From a virus (lineage: Duplodnaviria > Heunggongvirae > Uroviricota > Caudoviricetes): 27,191 nt of DNA. The stretch covers positions 77,508 to 104,698 of the IMG/VR virus record IMGVR_UViG_3300021255_003438; one strand, 5' to 3'. Each line of letters begins with the position of its first letter. Within the stretch, counting starts at the first letter, position 1. Shown piece after piece: positions 8,107 to 16,825 of this stretch. The notes beneath the pieces are model-generated. The model ran no database searches. It saw only the letters and a list, made by a program, of their open reading frames with translations, and was not told where the DNA came from. Position numbers and translations under genes: made by a program.

Positions 8107-9006
8107 TTAGAGCAAAGTGCTTATTCTACTGCCGTACTCATTTCTAAGCTTTTTAATTGCTTCTTGCTCAATCTGTCTTACTCTTTCAGATGTCAAACTA
8201 AGCTTTTCCGCAATTTCGGCCAATTCATACTCTCTTTTCAGTCCATCGCAATCGTAAAGGCCAAACCTCATCATTATAATTTCCTTCTCACGAGGCTTAA
8301 GCACCTCTAAAAGGGAAGAAACCAACGTTGAGTTATAATCGTCAAACTCTTTCACCTCATACTCATTGACTGATGCACTAGCTTTGTTGTAATCTGTAAC
8401 ATCACCAAATGCATAGCTCTCATCGTCTTCGTTTTCAACGTCAATACTAGCAATATGTGTGTCCAACAAATCATTTTTGTCCTTAATGCCCTTGCCATAT
8501 GTTTCATTGACAATCTCAAGCAGTTCTTCTTCGCTAGGATTGCGTTCAGTCTCTTGCATGAATTTGTTCCTAGCTTTTGAAATCACATGGAAAGTCTTGA
8601 AATAATTTGGCTTCTGAACGACTTGCGCAGTACCATACTTATAGGTGTTTATTGCCCTAAGAATAAACCACATTGCGTAACTAGCAAACTTGACCCCTTT
8701 CGTCACATCAAACTTCTCCACAGCTTCGATAAGACCAAAGTTTGCTTCGTTTATGTAATCAGTCAAAGTTTCTGTAGTGGCATAATTCTTAGCTGCTGCA
8801 ACCACAAGCCTCTGATTGCACTTAATAATGTAATCACGCGCATGTTCTCTTTCTTTTGGAGTGCCCTCCTTCATCAAAGTAAACCATTTAACCTCATCCT
8901 CACGGTCAAATGTTTCAAAATCTTTGATGTCCTTATAGAATCTAGTTGTATTTTCAGAACGGTCTACAAGACCAGTATCGGCTTTAAGATTTATTACGAA
9001 ACCCAT
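8107..9006 (-). CDS. RpoD-like sigma-70 family factor (short Bacteroidota-type architecture)
   Basis: Region 2 (NQRLVVAAAK, INEANFGLIEAVEKFD-KG-KFASYAMW), region 3 (ERNPSEEEL) and region 4 HTH (ELAEIAEKLSLTSERVRQIEQEAIKKLR). There is no region 1.1. Confidence 0.9.
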   Translation of the reverse strand: MGFVINLKADTGLVDRSENTTRFYKDIKDFETFDREDEVKWFTLMKEGTPKEREHARDYIIKCNQRLVVAAAKNYATTETLTDYINEANFGLIEAVEKFDVTKGVKFASYAMWFILRAINTYKYGTAQVVQKPNYFKTFHVISKARNKFMQETERNPSEEELLEIVNETYGKGIKDKNDLLDTHIASIDVENEDDESYAFGDVTDYNKASASVNEYEVKEFDDYNSTLVSSLLEVLKPREKEIIMMRFGLYDCDGLKREYELAEIAEKLSLTSERVRQIEQEAIKKLRNEYGSRISTLL

Positions 9007-9023
9007 TATTTTACTGTTTTATG

Positions 9024-9551
9024 TTATTTTTTCTTTTTCAAAGTCACAACTGTTTTGTTAGCCTCATCTATTGGGGCAGACTCAGGAACCGCAACATCTT
9101 CCAACATCACGATAAACTCAAGAATGGACTTTTTGTTCTCATCCCTTCTCATAAGTTCTCGCCCCTTCATGGAAAGCGTGACTCTAACTCTGCAACCTTC
9201 TTCAATAAATCTTCTTGCGTTATTTGCTTTTGTCTGCAAGTCATGTGTAGCAATATTAACGCTAAGTTGTATTTCTTTAAGAGGCTTCGCATTCTGTTTA
9301 GTCTTCTTTGCGATTTTCTTAAGCTCATACAGCATTTTTTCATAATTACAAATCCTAATGATGGGAACATCAGACTTACCTTGTATTTCAACCAAGTCTA
9401 ACTCCATTTCATCAGCAATTTTACGTGCTTTAGACATAGGAACGATTTCGCTCTCAATTCCTTCGCCCACAATTCTGACATTACCGTTAAAACGTATTTC
9501 ATCGTTCACACGGTACTTTGAAGAAAAGTCATTCTTGTTACCTTTCGCCAT
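9024..9551 (-). CDS. infC: Translation initiation factor IF3
   Basis: N-domain RVNDEIR...LDLVEI...PIIRICNYEKMLYE, basic linker, C-domain KEIQL...DLQTK...F...G-RVRV...KGRE. Confidence 0.9.
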   Translation of the reverse strand: MAKGNKNDFSSKYRVNDEIRFNGNVRIVGEGIESEIVPMSKARKIADEMELDLVEIQGKSDVPIIRICNYEKMLYELKKIAKKTKQNAKPLKEIQLSVNIATHDLQTKANNARRFIEEGCRVRVTLSMKGRELMRRDENKKSILEFIVMLEDVAVPESAPIDEANKTVVTLKKKK

Positions 9552-9855
9552 TTAATTCGTTTTCTAATTTTTTTATTTTGTCCTCTAAATCTTTAATCCT
9601 ATTTTTCCTTTCTTCCAACTCCCTTTCTTGAGACTCTAAGAAGAACTTTTGAAACGCAAGGTCACGTTTTAAAGCCTCCAAAGTAGGAGGCTCATTCATG
9701 CGTTTTTTAGCCTCTTCTTCTACCTTGGCAGCTCTTTCTAGAAACAAACGTGCTGATTCACCACTTAACGTAGGTACATCTTTACCCACGTCAGTTGCTA
9801 ATGCAGTAGGTTCGTCATCGGTTGCAAATTTACGATTTTTTTTTGACACCCCCAA
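9538..9855 (-). CDS. Hypothetical coiled-coil protein (start uncertain, TTG)
   Basis: C-terminal heptad-like E/K-rich region; overlaps the infC start by 14 nt. Confidence 0.65.
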   Translation of the reverse strand: MGVSKKNRKFATDDEPTALATDVGKDVPTLSGESARLFLERAAKVEEEAKKRMNEPPTLEALKRDLAFQKFFLESQERELEERKNRIKDLEDKIKKLENELNGER

Positions 9856-9910
9856 ATCTTTTATATTAAACTTTGTTAAACGCTTATTATAAATGGAAAA
9901 AGCCTACAAT

Positions 9911-10276
9911 TTACCCACAAAATTCCCATACCATTTCGTTGTCTTTTGCTTTGTAATGCCCTGGTTTTATACCTTCAAACACCTTTTGATGCAAAAGTGT
10001 CTCAATTAAATACAGATTTTCGGACACATAGTTATATGTGTCTAACATATACTGCTCTACATCATCAGGATATGCTGCCCCATCTGCATCTTCCTCTGTA
10101 TTTTTAATGGCTTTGTCTCTAAGTCCTAGAATCATTGCCACATCATCCAATATATGAGTCTGCATTGTGAGCATCACCTTTTTATTAATGGTGAGCACAT
10201 CATCGTCTTTGTCTTCGATGTTCAAGAATCTAACCAACTTTAGGTGGTCTTCTGTTAGATTTAAATGTATTATCAT
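9911..10276 (-). CDS. Hypothetical protein (121 aa, acidic)
   Basis: ATG ORF co-oriented within the operon. No motif recognised. Confidence 0.8.
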   Translation of the reverse strand: MIIHLNLTEDHLKLVRFLNIEDKDDDVLTINKKVMLTMQTHILDDVAMILGLRDKAIKNTEEDADGAAYPDDVEQYMLDTYNYVSENLYLIETLLHQKVFEGIKPGHYKAKDNEMVWEFCG

Positions 10277-10398
10277 ATTTAATATTTTTTTTTTTCATAA
10301 ATAATTTTGGCGATTTTATTTTTTCACCGCCATTTTTAATGGAATCATACCATTGGCCGTTTATGTCCAAACCTAAAAGTTCGTATCCAATTGTCTTT

Positions 10399-11007
10399 TT
10401 AATAACGTCTGTGACCATTTTTTTTAAATCTTTCTTCTGCTTGTTTCTTACGTTCCGCTACAGCCTTATTATAAGCCTCGTAGTCGCGTTTTTTAAGCTC
10501 TTGCTCATTGGTGTACCATTCTTTCATTTCTTCGGCTCTAGACTTCTGGAAATAGTCAAAAATCGTAACGTCCGTATCTGTAATACATTCATTAAAAATT
10601 TTGTGTATTCTTTCCTTATCACCATTACCATCAAAACGACTTGAACCAAGCAAAGGGCAAGCAATTTTCTTACCCTTATACTTGATATTAACAAGTTTCA
10701 AACAGCTCTCAAGTGCTTCATAAGAAAGGTAGTCTTTTTGTAAATCAGGTCTGAAATTATATCCAACTGTAATGAAACATAAACAGAATGTAGGTTGTCC
10801 GTCTGACTTACATTCCAATATAGTACCTAATTTTTCACTGTCACCATACTTAGTGCCAAGATTAGCTTCATAAGCATAGTGATAGTTAAGCATTACTTTA
10901 AGTTGAATACCTTGTGACATGGTACAATAAAGGTTAGTACCTATCAATATCGCATCATACTCTGAAAAATGGTCGTATATGTCAATATCTTTTATAACGT
11001 TAATCAT
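10399..11007 (-). CDS. Macrodomain-like (ADP-ribose binding/hydrolase) protein, divergent
   Basis: DAILIGTNLYCTMSQGI, KLGTI, YEALESCLK and KKIACPLLG follow the phage macrodomain pattern. I moved the start to ATG 11007, which overlaps the upstream stop (ATGATTAA). Confidence 0.65.
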   Translation of the reverse strand: MINVIKDIDIYDHFSEYDAILIGTNLYCTMSQGIQLKVMLNYHYAYEANLGTKYGDSEKLGTILECKSDGQPTFCLCFITVGYNFRPDLQKDYLSYEALESCLKLVNIKYKGKKIACPLLGSSRFDGNGDKERIHKIFNECITDTDVTIFDYFQKSRAEEMKEWYTNEQELKKRDYEAYNKAVAERKKQAEERFKKNGHRRY

Positions 11008-12031
11008 TAGGCACAAATCCTACAATTCTTTTATTACATTGAGTGCCCTCTAGTACAGGATGAGGCTCATTTGCTGGAGCATCAGCCGCATCTTCATCCA
11101 CTTCTGCACCCTCTGTGACAAAACCTATTTTTTTACTTTCCTTTTCACCTTCTGTTACCTTTACTTTGCCGTCCTTTTTAATAAGGTCTTCCAACCTATC
11201 AAATATAGCAACCTCAGATATACCGTCAACATAGATGCCTTGAATTACTTCTTTGACGAAATCGAAAGTATAACCCTCAGTCTTTTCCACATACCTTTGT
11301 ATATCCCTCTTAACGGTTTCATCTTCAATGTCAATTCCACTGTCAGAAAGTTTCATTTCCATGTATGCTTTCCTTATTTCAGCCGTAGGCTTCTTATATT
11401 CAATGACAAGATTGAATCGGCTAGGTCTGCATGTAAACCTCTTCTCCAATATCTCTGGATAATTGGTCGTTGCGATTGTTACAACGTTGTCAAACTGACC
11501 ATTACCGTCCAACAACTGTAAAAGCATTGCGGCATAATAATCATCCTTTGCCAACCTTTCAAAGTCTTCGATAAGAGTGATAATCTTTCGATTAGGTTCA
11601 ACACTTCTTAATCTGTCCATGCAAGGACTATAAGCATTAAGTTCATCAATGTTATCTATACAAATAACCACACCATCATAATCATCAATGAGTGTCTTGC
11701 AGATAATGTTGATGAGAGAAGTCTTACCATTTCCTGGAAGTGAATACAGTAATATGTTCCTCTTATAAACTTGTCCAAACTGTCTGTATCTTTTTTCTGA
11801 CTTCCAAAACCTTTTGATGTCATCTAAAATTCCAATCTGAACATCATTCGGTAGGGTGTACAACTTAGGCATAATCACATCTTTACTAGAAAAGAAATAT
11901 CTGCCATTGTATTTATCCCACACTGGTTTATAGAACCCACTTGGTAACATTTCTTCGGTGATACCAATAGGCTCATACATATTACCAATTTTCTCGTAGC
12001 GAGTAAAATGTTGCTCTTTTTCTTTTGCCAT
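11000..12031 (-). CDS. AAA+ family ATPase
   Basis: Walker A variant SLPGNGKTS, Walker B LIEDFE, sensor/SRH TTNYPE...RPSRF. Confidence 0.85.
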   Translation of the reverse strand: MAKEKEQHFTRYEKIGNMYEPIGITEEMLPSGFYKPVWDKYNGRYFFSSKDVIMPKLYTLPNDVQIGILDDIKRFWKSEKRYRQFGQVYKRNILLYSLPGNGKTSLINIICKTLIDDYDGVVICIDNIDELNAYSPCMDRLRSVEPNRKIITLIEDFERLAKDDYYAAMLLQLLDGNGQFDNVVTIATTNYPEILEKRFTCRPSRFNLVIEYKKPTAEIRKAYMEMKLSDSGIDIEDETVKRDIQRYVEKTEGYTFDFVKEVIQGIYVDGISEVAIFDRLEDLIKKDGKVKVTEGEKESKKIGFVTEGAEVDEDAADAPANEPHPVLEGTQCNKRIVGFVPND

Positions 12032-12041
12032 AACTTATATT

Positions 12042-13124
12042 TTATTTAAAATGTTCTTCTTGCCTAAGTTGACCTAACAAGGTTTTTTCGTTGTTATTTA
12101 ATTGGGTTGGCATATATACCTCTATAATAACAATCATATCACCATTCCTATTACTGCCGTAGATAGGCATACCGTAACCTTTGAATCTGAATTTGTGGCC
12201 ATTGTTAGTTCCTTGTGGAATCTTAACAGTTAACTTCTTTTTATCAATCGTATCTACTACCACTTCACAGCCTAGTATAGCATCTATGACCCCTATACAA
12301 AGGTTATAATGTAAGTCATTACCAACCAAATCAAATTTATCATGTTCGATTGCTTCAATAGAAACAATAAGGTCTCCAGGTGTTCCTTTTCCTTTTGGTG
12401 GGAAATTACCTTTCCCTTGTATAATAAGATTCATTCCAGGAACTACACCTTTTTCTACCTTTATTTCAGTTTCATTGCTTGTTTTTTGGACAATTCCATG
12501 ACCCTTACAGTGAGGGCAAGGATTTTCTATGATGTAGCCTTGACCGCCACAAGTAGGACAAGTTTGTGAGAATGACATAAACCCACCACCAAAACTGTTG
12601 CCACCTATTACAGTACCACTACCGCCACAAGTTCTACAAGTCTTCCTACGGCTCTCAGCAGTCATGCCACTGCCATTACAATTATCGCAAGGTTCAAACC
12701 TCTTATACTTTACTTTCTTGGTAACGCCATCATGCATTTCCTCTAAAGTAAGTTTAAGGTTAATTCTAATGCTACTACCTTTTATATTCTGCTCCCTTGG
12801 TGTACGATTTCCAAAACCAAAGTCACCCATGTCCATATTGGCAAAATGTCTAAGAATGTCATCCATTCCCATACCCCCAAAATCAGGACCTCCACTAAAG
12901 TTGAAATTACTTTGTGGGTTATCGTACTCCTTTCGTTTTGTTTCGTCACCTAGTACAGAATAAGCTTCTGCGATTTCCTTGAATTTCTCTTCTGCTTGCT
13001 TACTTCCTTGATTCCTATCTGGATGATACTTAATTGACAGTTTACGGAAAGCCTTTTTAATCTCATCTTGAGAAGCTTCCTTATTAACCCCTAAGATTTT
13101 ATAGTAATCTTTTCTTTCTGCCAT
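12042..13124 (-). CDS. dnaJ: Chaperone DnaJ (class A)
   Basis: J-domain with HPD, G/F-rich region, four CxxCxGxG repeats ([32 protein letters not shown]) and C-terminal GDL motifs. Confidence 0.95.
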   Translation of the reverse strand: MAERKDYYKILGVNKEASQDEIKKAFRKLSIKYHPDRNQGSKQAEEKFKEIAEAYSVLGDETKRKEYDNPQSNFNFSGGPDFGGMGMDDILRHFANMDMGDFGFGNRTPREQNIKGSSIRINLKLTLEEMHDGVTKKVKYKRFEPCDNCNGSGMTAESRRKTCRTCGGSGTVIGGNSFGGGFMSFSQTCPTCGGQGYIIENPCPHCKGHGIVQKTSNETEIKVEKGVVPGMNLIIQGKGNFPPKGKGTPGDLIVSIEAIEHDKFDLVGNDLHYNLCIGVIDAILGCEVVVDTIDKKKLTVKIPQGTNNGHKFRFKGYGMPIYGSNRNGDMIVIIEVYMPTQLNNNEKTLLGQLRQEEHFK

Positions 13125-13153
13125 ATTAGTCTTAAATTAAGTTATAATTTATG

Positions 13154-13184
13154 CAAAGATATAAATAAAAAACTAAATTCCAAA
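13154..13184 (-). promoter_or_regulatory. Bacteroidota sigma-A promoter P6 (dnaJ to sigma operon)
   Basis: TTTG (13184-13181), 19 nt, TATCTTTG (13161-13154), CA. Confidence 0.82.
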
Positions 13185-13194
13185 ATAAAACACC

Positions 13195-13234
13195 AAAAAT
13201 CTGAGGAACTTATTTATAAAAATCCCTCAGATTT
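13195..13234 (-). terminator. Terminator after dnaK
   Basis: AAATCTGAGG (13197-13206) / CCTCAGATTT (13225-13234), extended by G-U and A-U pairs on the minus strand, then a U run. Confidence 0.75.
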
Positions 13235-13267
13235 AATGGAAATATTTATAGACCTTGCCAAGTCAAA

Positions 13268-15175
13268 TTACTTAACCTCTTCAAAATCAGCATCTTGGAT
13301 GTTTTCACTAGCTGCTTCCTCTGCTGCTGCTTCATCAGTAGTTGCATTGGTCTGAGTCTGCTGAGTCTGTTGCTGATTTGCATAAACGCGCTGAGAAATG
13401 GTGTTCCACTCAGTGTTGAGTGCTGCTTCAACCTCATTAATCTTATCAACGTTCTTTGCGCTCACAGCATCTTTCAAGTCCTTAATCAAACCCTCTAGCT
13501 TTGTTTTCTCGTCAGAAGTGATGTTATTCTTCTGCTCTTCAATCATTTTCTCTTGAGTAAAAGCGATTTGGTCTCCCTTGTTCACAGCATCAGCGATTTC
13601 ACGCTCTTTCTTGTCGGCATCAGCATTTGCCTCTGCCTCTGCTTTCATGCGTTCAATCTCTTCCTTGCTGAGTCCGCTAGATGCTTCAATGCGGATGGAC
13701 TGCTCCTTGCCAGTGGCTTTATCCTTTGCAGATACCTTGAGAATACCGTTTGCATCAATATCAAACGTAACCTCAATCTGAGGAATACCACGCTGTGCTG
13801 GCATAATACCTGTCAAGTTGAACCTACCAACTGACTTGTTTTGAGCTGCCATAGGACGTTCACCTTGAAGCACATGGATTGTAACCTCGGTCTGATTGTC
13901 TGCTGCCGTAGAGAACACTTCGCTCTTCTTGCATGGAATTGTGGTGTTAGCTTCAATAAGTTTTGTCATAACTCCACCAAGGGTTTCAATGCCCAACGTT
14001 AAAGGAGTAACATCAAGCAACACAATGTCACCAACGCCACTCTCCTTGTTAAGGATTGCACCTTGGATTGATGCACCGATAGCAACTGCTTCATCAGGGT
14101 TAACTGCCTTTGAAGGCTCTTTGCCGAAAATCTTCTTCACCAACTCTTGAAGGGCTGGAATTCTTGTTGAACCACCCACAAGGATAACCTCGTCAATGTC
14201 CTTTGGCTCAAGTTTTGCATCAGCCAATGCGGTTTCGCATGGTTTCATATGACGCTTAATAATGCTGTCTGCCAACTGCTCAAACTTTGCGCGAGTAAGA
14301 GTCTTAACCAAATGTTTTGGCTGTCCTTCTACAGGCATAATGTAAGGTAAGTTGATTTCTGTTGAATTTGAAGATGACAACTCTATTTTCGCCTTTTCAG
14401 CAGCATCTTTCAAACGCTGAACTGCCATTGGGTCAGTTGATAAGTCAGCACCCTCATCGTTCTTAAACTCTTGCACGAGCCAATCAATAATCACTTGGTC
14501 GAAATCGTCACCACCAAGGTGTGTGTCACCGTTGGTTGAAAGCACTTCGAATACGCCTCCACCAAAATTGAGGATTGAAATATCGAATGTACCACCACCT
14601 GCATCAAATACGGCAATGTTCATGTCCTTGTCTGACTTGTCAATACCATACGCAAGAGCAGCAGCAGTAGGCTCATTCACAATTCTACGGACGTTAAGGC
14701 CTGCAATCTGACCAGCCTCCTTAGTTGCTTGACGCTGTGAGTCACTGAAATAGGCTGGAACCGTAATAACAGCGTCCGTAACATCTTGACCAAGATAGTC
14801 CTCTGCCGTCTTCTTCATCTTCTGTAGAATCATTGCAGAAATCTCTTGAGGTGTGTATTTACGGCCATTGATGTCAACACGAGGATAGCCGCCCTCATTC
14901 ACAACATTAAATGACACACGCTCTGCTTCACTCTTAGACTGGTCATAGGTTTCACCCATAAAACGCTTAATAGAGTAAACTGTGTTCTTAGGGTTAGTAA
15001 TTGCTTGACGCTTTGCAGCATCACCAACCTTACGGTCTCCATTCTCCGCAAAACCTACAATTGACGGAGTAGTTCTCTTACCTTCACTGTTCACAATAAC
15101 AGTTGGTTCATTTCCCTCATAGACTGATACACATGAGTTAGATGTACCTAAGTCAATACCAATAATTTTTCCCAT
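13268..15175 (-). CDS. dnaK: Chaperone DnaK (Hsp70)
   Basis: [38 protein letters not shown] and LLDVTPL-LGIET; full length with an acidic tail. Confidence 0.97.
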   Translation of the reverse strand: MGKIIGIDLGTSNSCVSVYEGNEPTVIVNSEGKRTTPSIVGFAENGDRKVGDAAKRQAITNPKNTVYSIKRFMGETYDQSKSEAERVSFNVVNEGGYPRVDINGRKYTPQEISAMILQKMKKTAEDYLGQDVTDAVITVPAYFSDSQRQATKEAGQIAGLNVRRIVNEPTAAALAYGIDKSDKDMNIAVFDAGGGTFDISILNFGGGVFEVLSTNGDTHLGGDDFDQVIIDWLVQEFKNDEGADLSTDPMAVQRLKDAAEKAKIELSSSNSTEINLPYIMPVEGQPKHLVKTLTRAKFEQLADSIIKRHMKPCETALADAKLEPKDIDEVILVGGSTRIPALQELVKKIFGKEPSKAVNPDEAVAIGASIQGAILNKESGVGDIVLLDVTPLTLGIETLGGVMTKLIEANTTIPCKKSEVFSTAADNQTEVTIHVLQGERPMAAQNKSVGRFNLTGIMPAQRGIPQIEVTFDIDANGILKVSAKDKATGKEQSIRIEASSGLSKEEIERMKAEAEANADADKKEREIADAVNKGDQIAFTQEKMIEEQKNNITSDEKTKLEGLIKDLKDAVSAKNVDKINEVEAALNTEWNTISQRVYANQQQTQQTQTNATTDEAAAEEAASENIQDADFEEVK

Positions 15176-15200
15176 TATTTAAAACAATATTTATTTTACG

Positions 15201-15467
15201 TTATTTTATTTTTTCCCATCTAGGCTCTAATTTACCTTCACTATTTAAGAATGGTAAACTAGCACGAGTTCCGAACAAATTCTTAGCCCCATATTCTACC
15301 ATCATTGACTTATCGTGGCTTTTAACCATAATTGGGTCTTCTTGCGGTATCCTTGAAGCACCAATGTACCAAACAAGGCTTAATGTTCCGTCATTCATGA
15401 CAGTAAGAACATACTTTGAAGCCATTATTGTTCCATTCGTTACGTATAATTCCTTTATATTATCCAT
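15201..15467 (-). CDS. Hypothetical protein (about 88 aa)
   Basis: The track start is TTG at 15500. The first ATG is 15467, which avoids overlap with the small ORF upstream. Confidence 0.65.
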   Translation of the reverse strand: MDNIKELYVTNGTIMASKYVLTVMNDGTLSLVWYIGASRIPQEDPIMVKSHDKSMMVEYGAKNLFGTRASLPFLNSEGKLEPRWEKIK

Positions 15468-15486
15468 AGCAAATACCGTGCCAAAA

Positions 15487-15576
15487 TTAGAAGTGTGCAA
15501 TCCTATATTTGGTCACAGACACTAAAAGTAATGTGTATGCGGCAATTCCGCAAAAAACTAAAAACAAATCTTTCAT
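15487..15576 (-). CDS. Small hydrophobic peptide (29 aa), not in ORF track
   Basis: My translation: MKDLFLVFCGIAAYTLLLVSVTKYRIAHF, one TM-like segment. It is the first ATG after promoter P7. Confidence 0.55.
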   Translation of the reverse strand: MKDLFLVFCGIAAYTLLLVSVTKYRIAHF

Positions 15577-15592
15577 AAAATTTCAATTTTTG

Positions 15593-15623
15593 CAAATATA
15601 CAAAAAAAAATTGGAATAACAAA
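15593..15623 (-). promoter_or_regulatory. Bacteroidota sigma-A promoter P7 (dnaK operon; -33 inside a hairpin)
   Basis: TTTG (15623-15620), 19 nt, TATATTTG (15600-15593), CA. Confidence 0.85.
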
Positions 15624-15641
15624 ATATTATCCCAACTTTTT
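15602..15641 (-). terminator. Terminator fused to promoter P7
   Basis: Minus-strand RNA AAAAAGUUGGGAUAA...UUAUUCCAAUUUUU; both non-Watson-Crick pairs are G-U; 9-U tract. Confidence 0.72.
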
Positions 15642-15700
15642 AACATTTTTTAATACCATTCTATTGTATCTTCGATGAAACGAAAGAAAAAAGTCGCATT

Positions 15701-16111
15701 TTATGGTAAAAATTCATCAATGTTTTCACAAATGTGATTCAACTTCACAATCAACTCAGCTTCTATTGCATCGTCTGTAAGCATTGTGACATTGTTTGTC
15801 TCTAGAATGCCTAGGTTTTCGCCTTTGTTGATTCTACTCAACGCAATCTCAACACCCTTTTGTTCATCAAAATCATCTGATGGGTGACAAATTGACACGC
15901 CTAATGTCAACTTTCTCCTCATTTTCTTTGGTTGATATGTCAAAATGCCATCAATAAAACTGTTAGGCTTTACTTCGACATCTACAACCTCTTGAACGAC
16001 CTCTCTGTTCCGTGTCTGCTCAAACTTTCCCACAACCGTTACGTAATGCTTCTCTCCCTTGGAGTCGATTGCCTTTCCGTAAACATTAAAAATCTTTGTT
16101 CTTGTACTCAT
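15701..16111 (-). CDS. Conserved phage hypothetical protein (resembles Phage_gp49_66-type motif)
   Basis: GVSICHPSDDFDEQKGVEIALSR resembles the G-x-x-C-x-P-x-D-x-FD-x-x-x-G motif common in phage proteins. The family assignment is tentative. Confidence 0.55.
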   Translation of the reverse strand: MSTRTKIFNVYGKAIDSKGEKHYVTVVGKFEQTRNREVVQEVVDVEVKPNSFIDGILTYQPKKMRRKLTLGVSICHPSDDFDEQKGVEIALSRINKGENLGILETNNVTMLTDDAIEAELIVKLNHICENIDEFLP

Positions 16112-16142
16112 AACTATATAGTTTTTAGTTTAATTATTTTCT

Positions 16143-16343
16143 TTAAAACGTATTCTTTTGAATCTTTACTTTACTAACATAATTTGAATCATTTACCAAA
16201 TTAAGGAATATGTCGTTATATGATGGTGGAATTGGGCCTCCATTTACCCACACTTGCCCCCTGAAGCATATAATTTCAGTTCCAACTGGTAACACACCAT
16301 ATTGGCATTCATAAGATTTGGTTAACACATACTTTTCGTTCAT
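16143..16343 (-). CDS. Hypothetical protein (66 aa)
   Basis: ATGA overlap with the upstream HAD gene. Confidence 0.75.
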   Translation of the reverse strand: MNEKYVLTKSYECQYGVLPVGTEIICFRGQVWVNGGPIPPSYNDIFLNLVNDSNYVSKVKIQKNTF

Positions 16344-16825
16344 AATACTACTTTATTTAGGTTGACGCTGATATGTTCCAATATCGGTGTCATTATTTTA
16401 TCCACTTCAATCCAATCGACATATGGCCTAGTACAGTCTTCATACCATTTAACTGGTATGTTCACATTTCTGTCATCGATTGAAAAAACAGCAAATGCCT
16501 TTGGAACTGTATTACCGTCTTTGTCTTGCTGCGGATTCTTTCTTAAACCATATAGTTTTACCCCATATTTTTCAAGAGTTTCTAATGGTTCTTTTAAAAT
16601 TTCGTCATGCCTCATGGTGTCCAATATAAATCCAACGTTGTAATCCTTTATCCAACGTTTCATAATATCAAACGCTTCAGTGTTGATTACCATTTCTCCA
16701 CTTTCCCATGACGAACACTTGGTAAGTGTGTAATCCCAATCCACTGCGATAGGAATTACCCACCTTCCGTCTTCACTTCTTTCACTATAGAAAAGAATTT
16801 CATCAATTATTCCATCGTATTTCAT
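16340..16825 (-). CDS. HAD-superfamily phosphatase-like protein
   Basis: Motif I IAVDWDYTL (DxDxT), motif II ILDTMR, motif IV SIDDRN. Confidence 0.75.
   Translation of the reverse strand: MKYDGIIDEILFYSERSEDGRWVIPIAVDWDYTLTKCSSWESGEMVINTEAFDIMKRWIKDYNVGFILDTMRHDEILKEPLETLEKYGVKLYGLRKNPQQDKDGNTVPKAFAVFSIDDRNVNIPVKWYEDCTRPYVDWIEVDKIMTPILEHISVNLNKVVL

Noticed and set aside
10230-10418. 62-aa minus-strand ORF from the track
   Set aside because: It overlaps the downstream gene by 47 nt, crosses a poly-A run and has no motif. It cannot be excluded but is not supported.
15504-15511. Plus-strand TATATTTG as an antisense sigma-A promoter
   Set aside because: No -33 TTTG at the expected distance, it lacks the trailing CA of the eight accepted copies, and there is no downstream + gene.
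15176-15600. CIRCE/HrcA heat-shock operator upstream of dnaK
   Set aside because: No TTAGCACTC-N9-GAGTGCTAA inverted repeat was seen upstream of dnaK or dnaJ.
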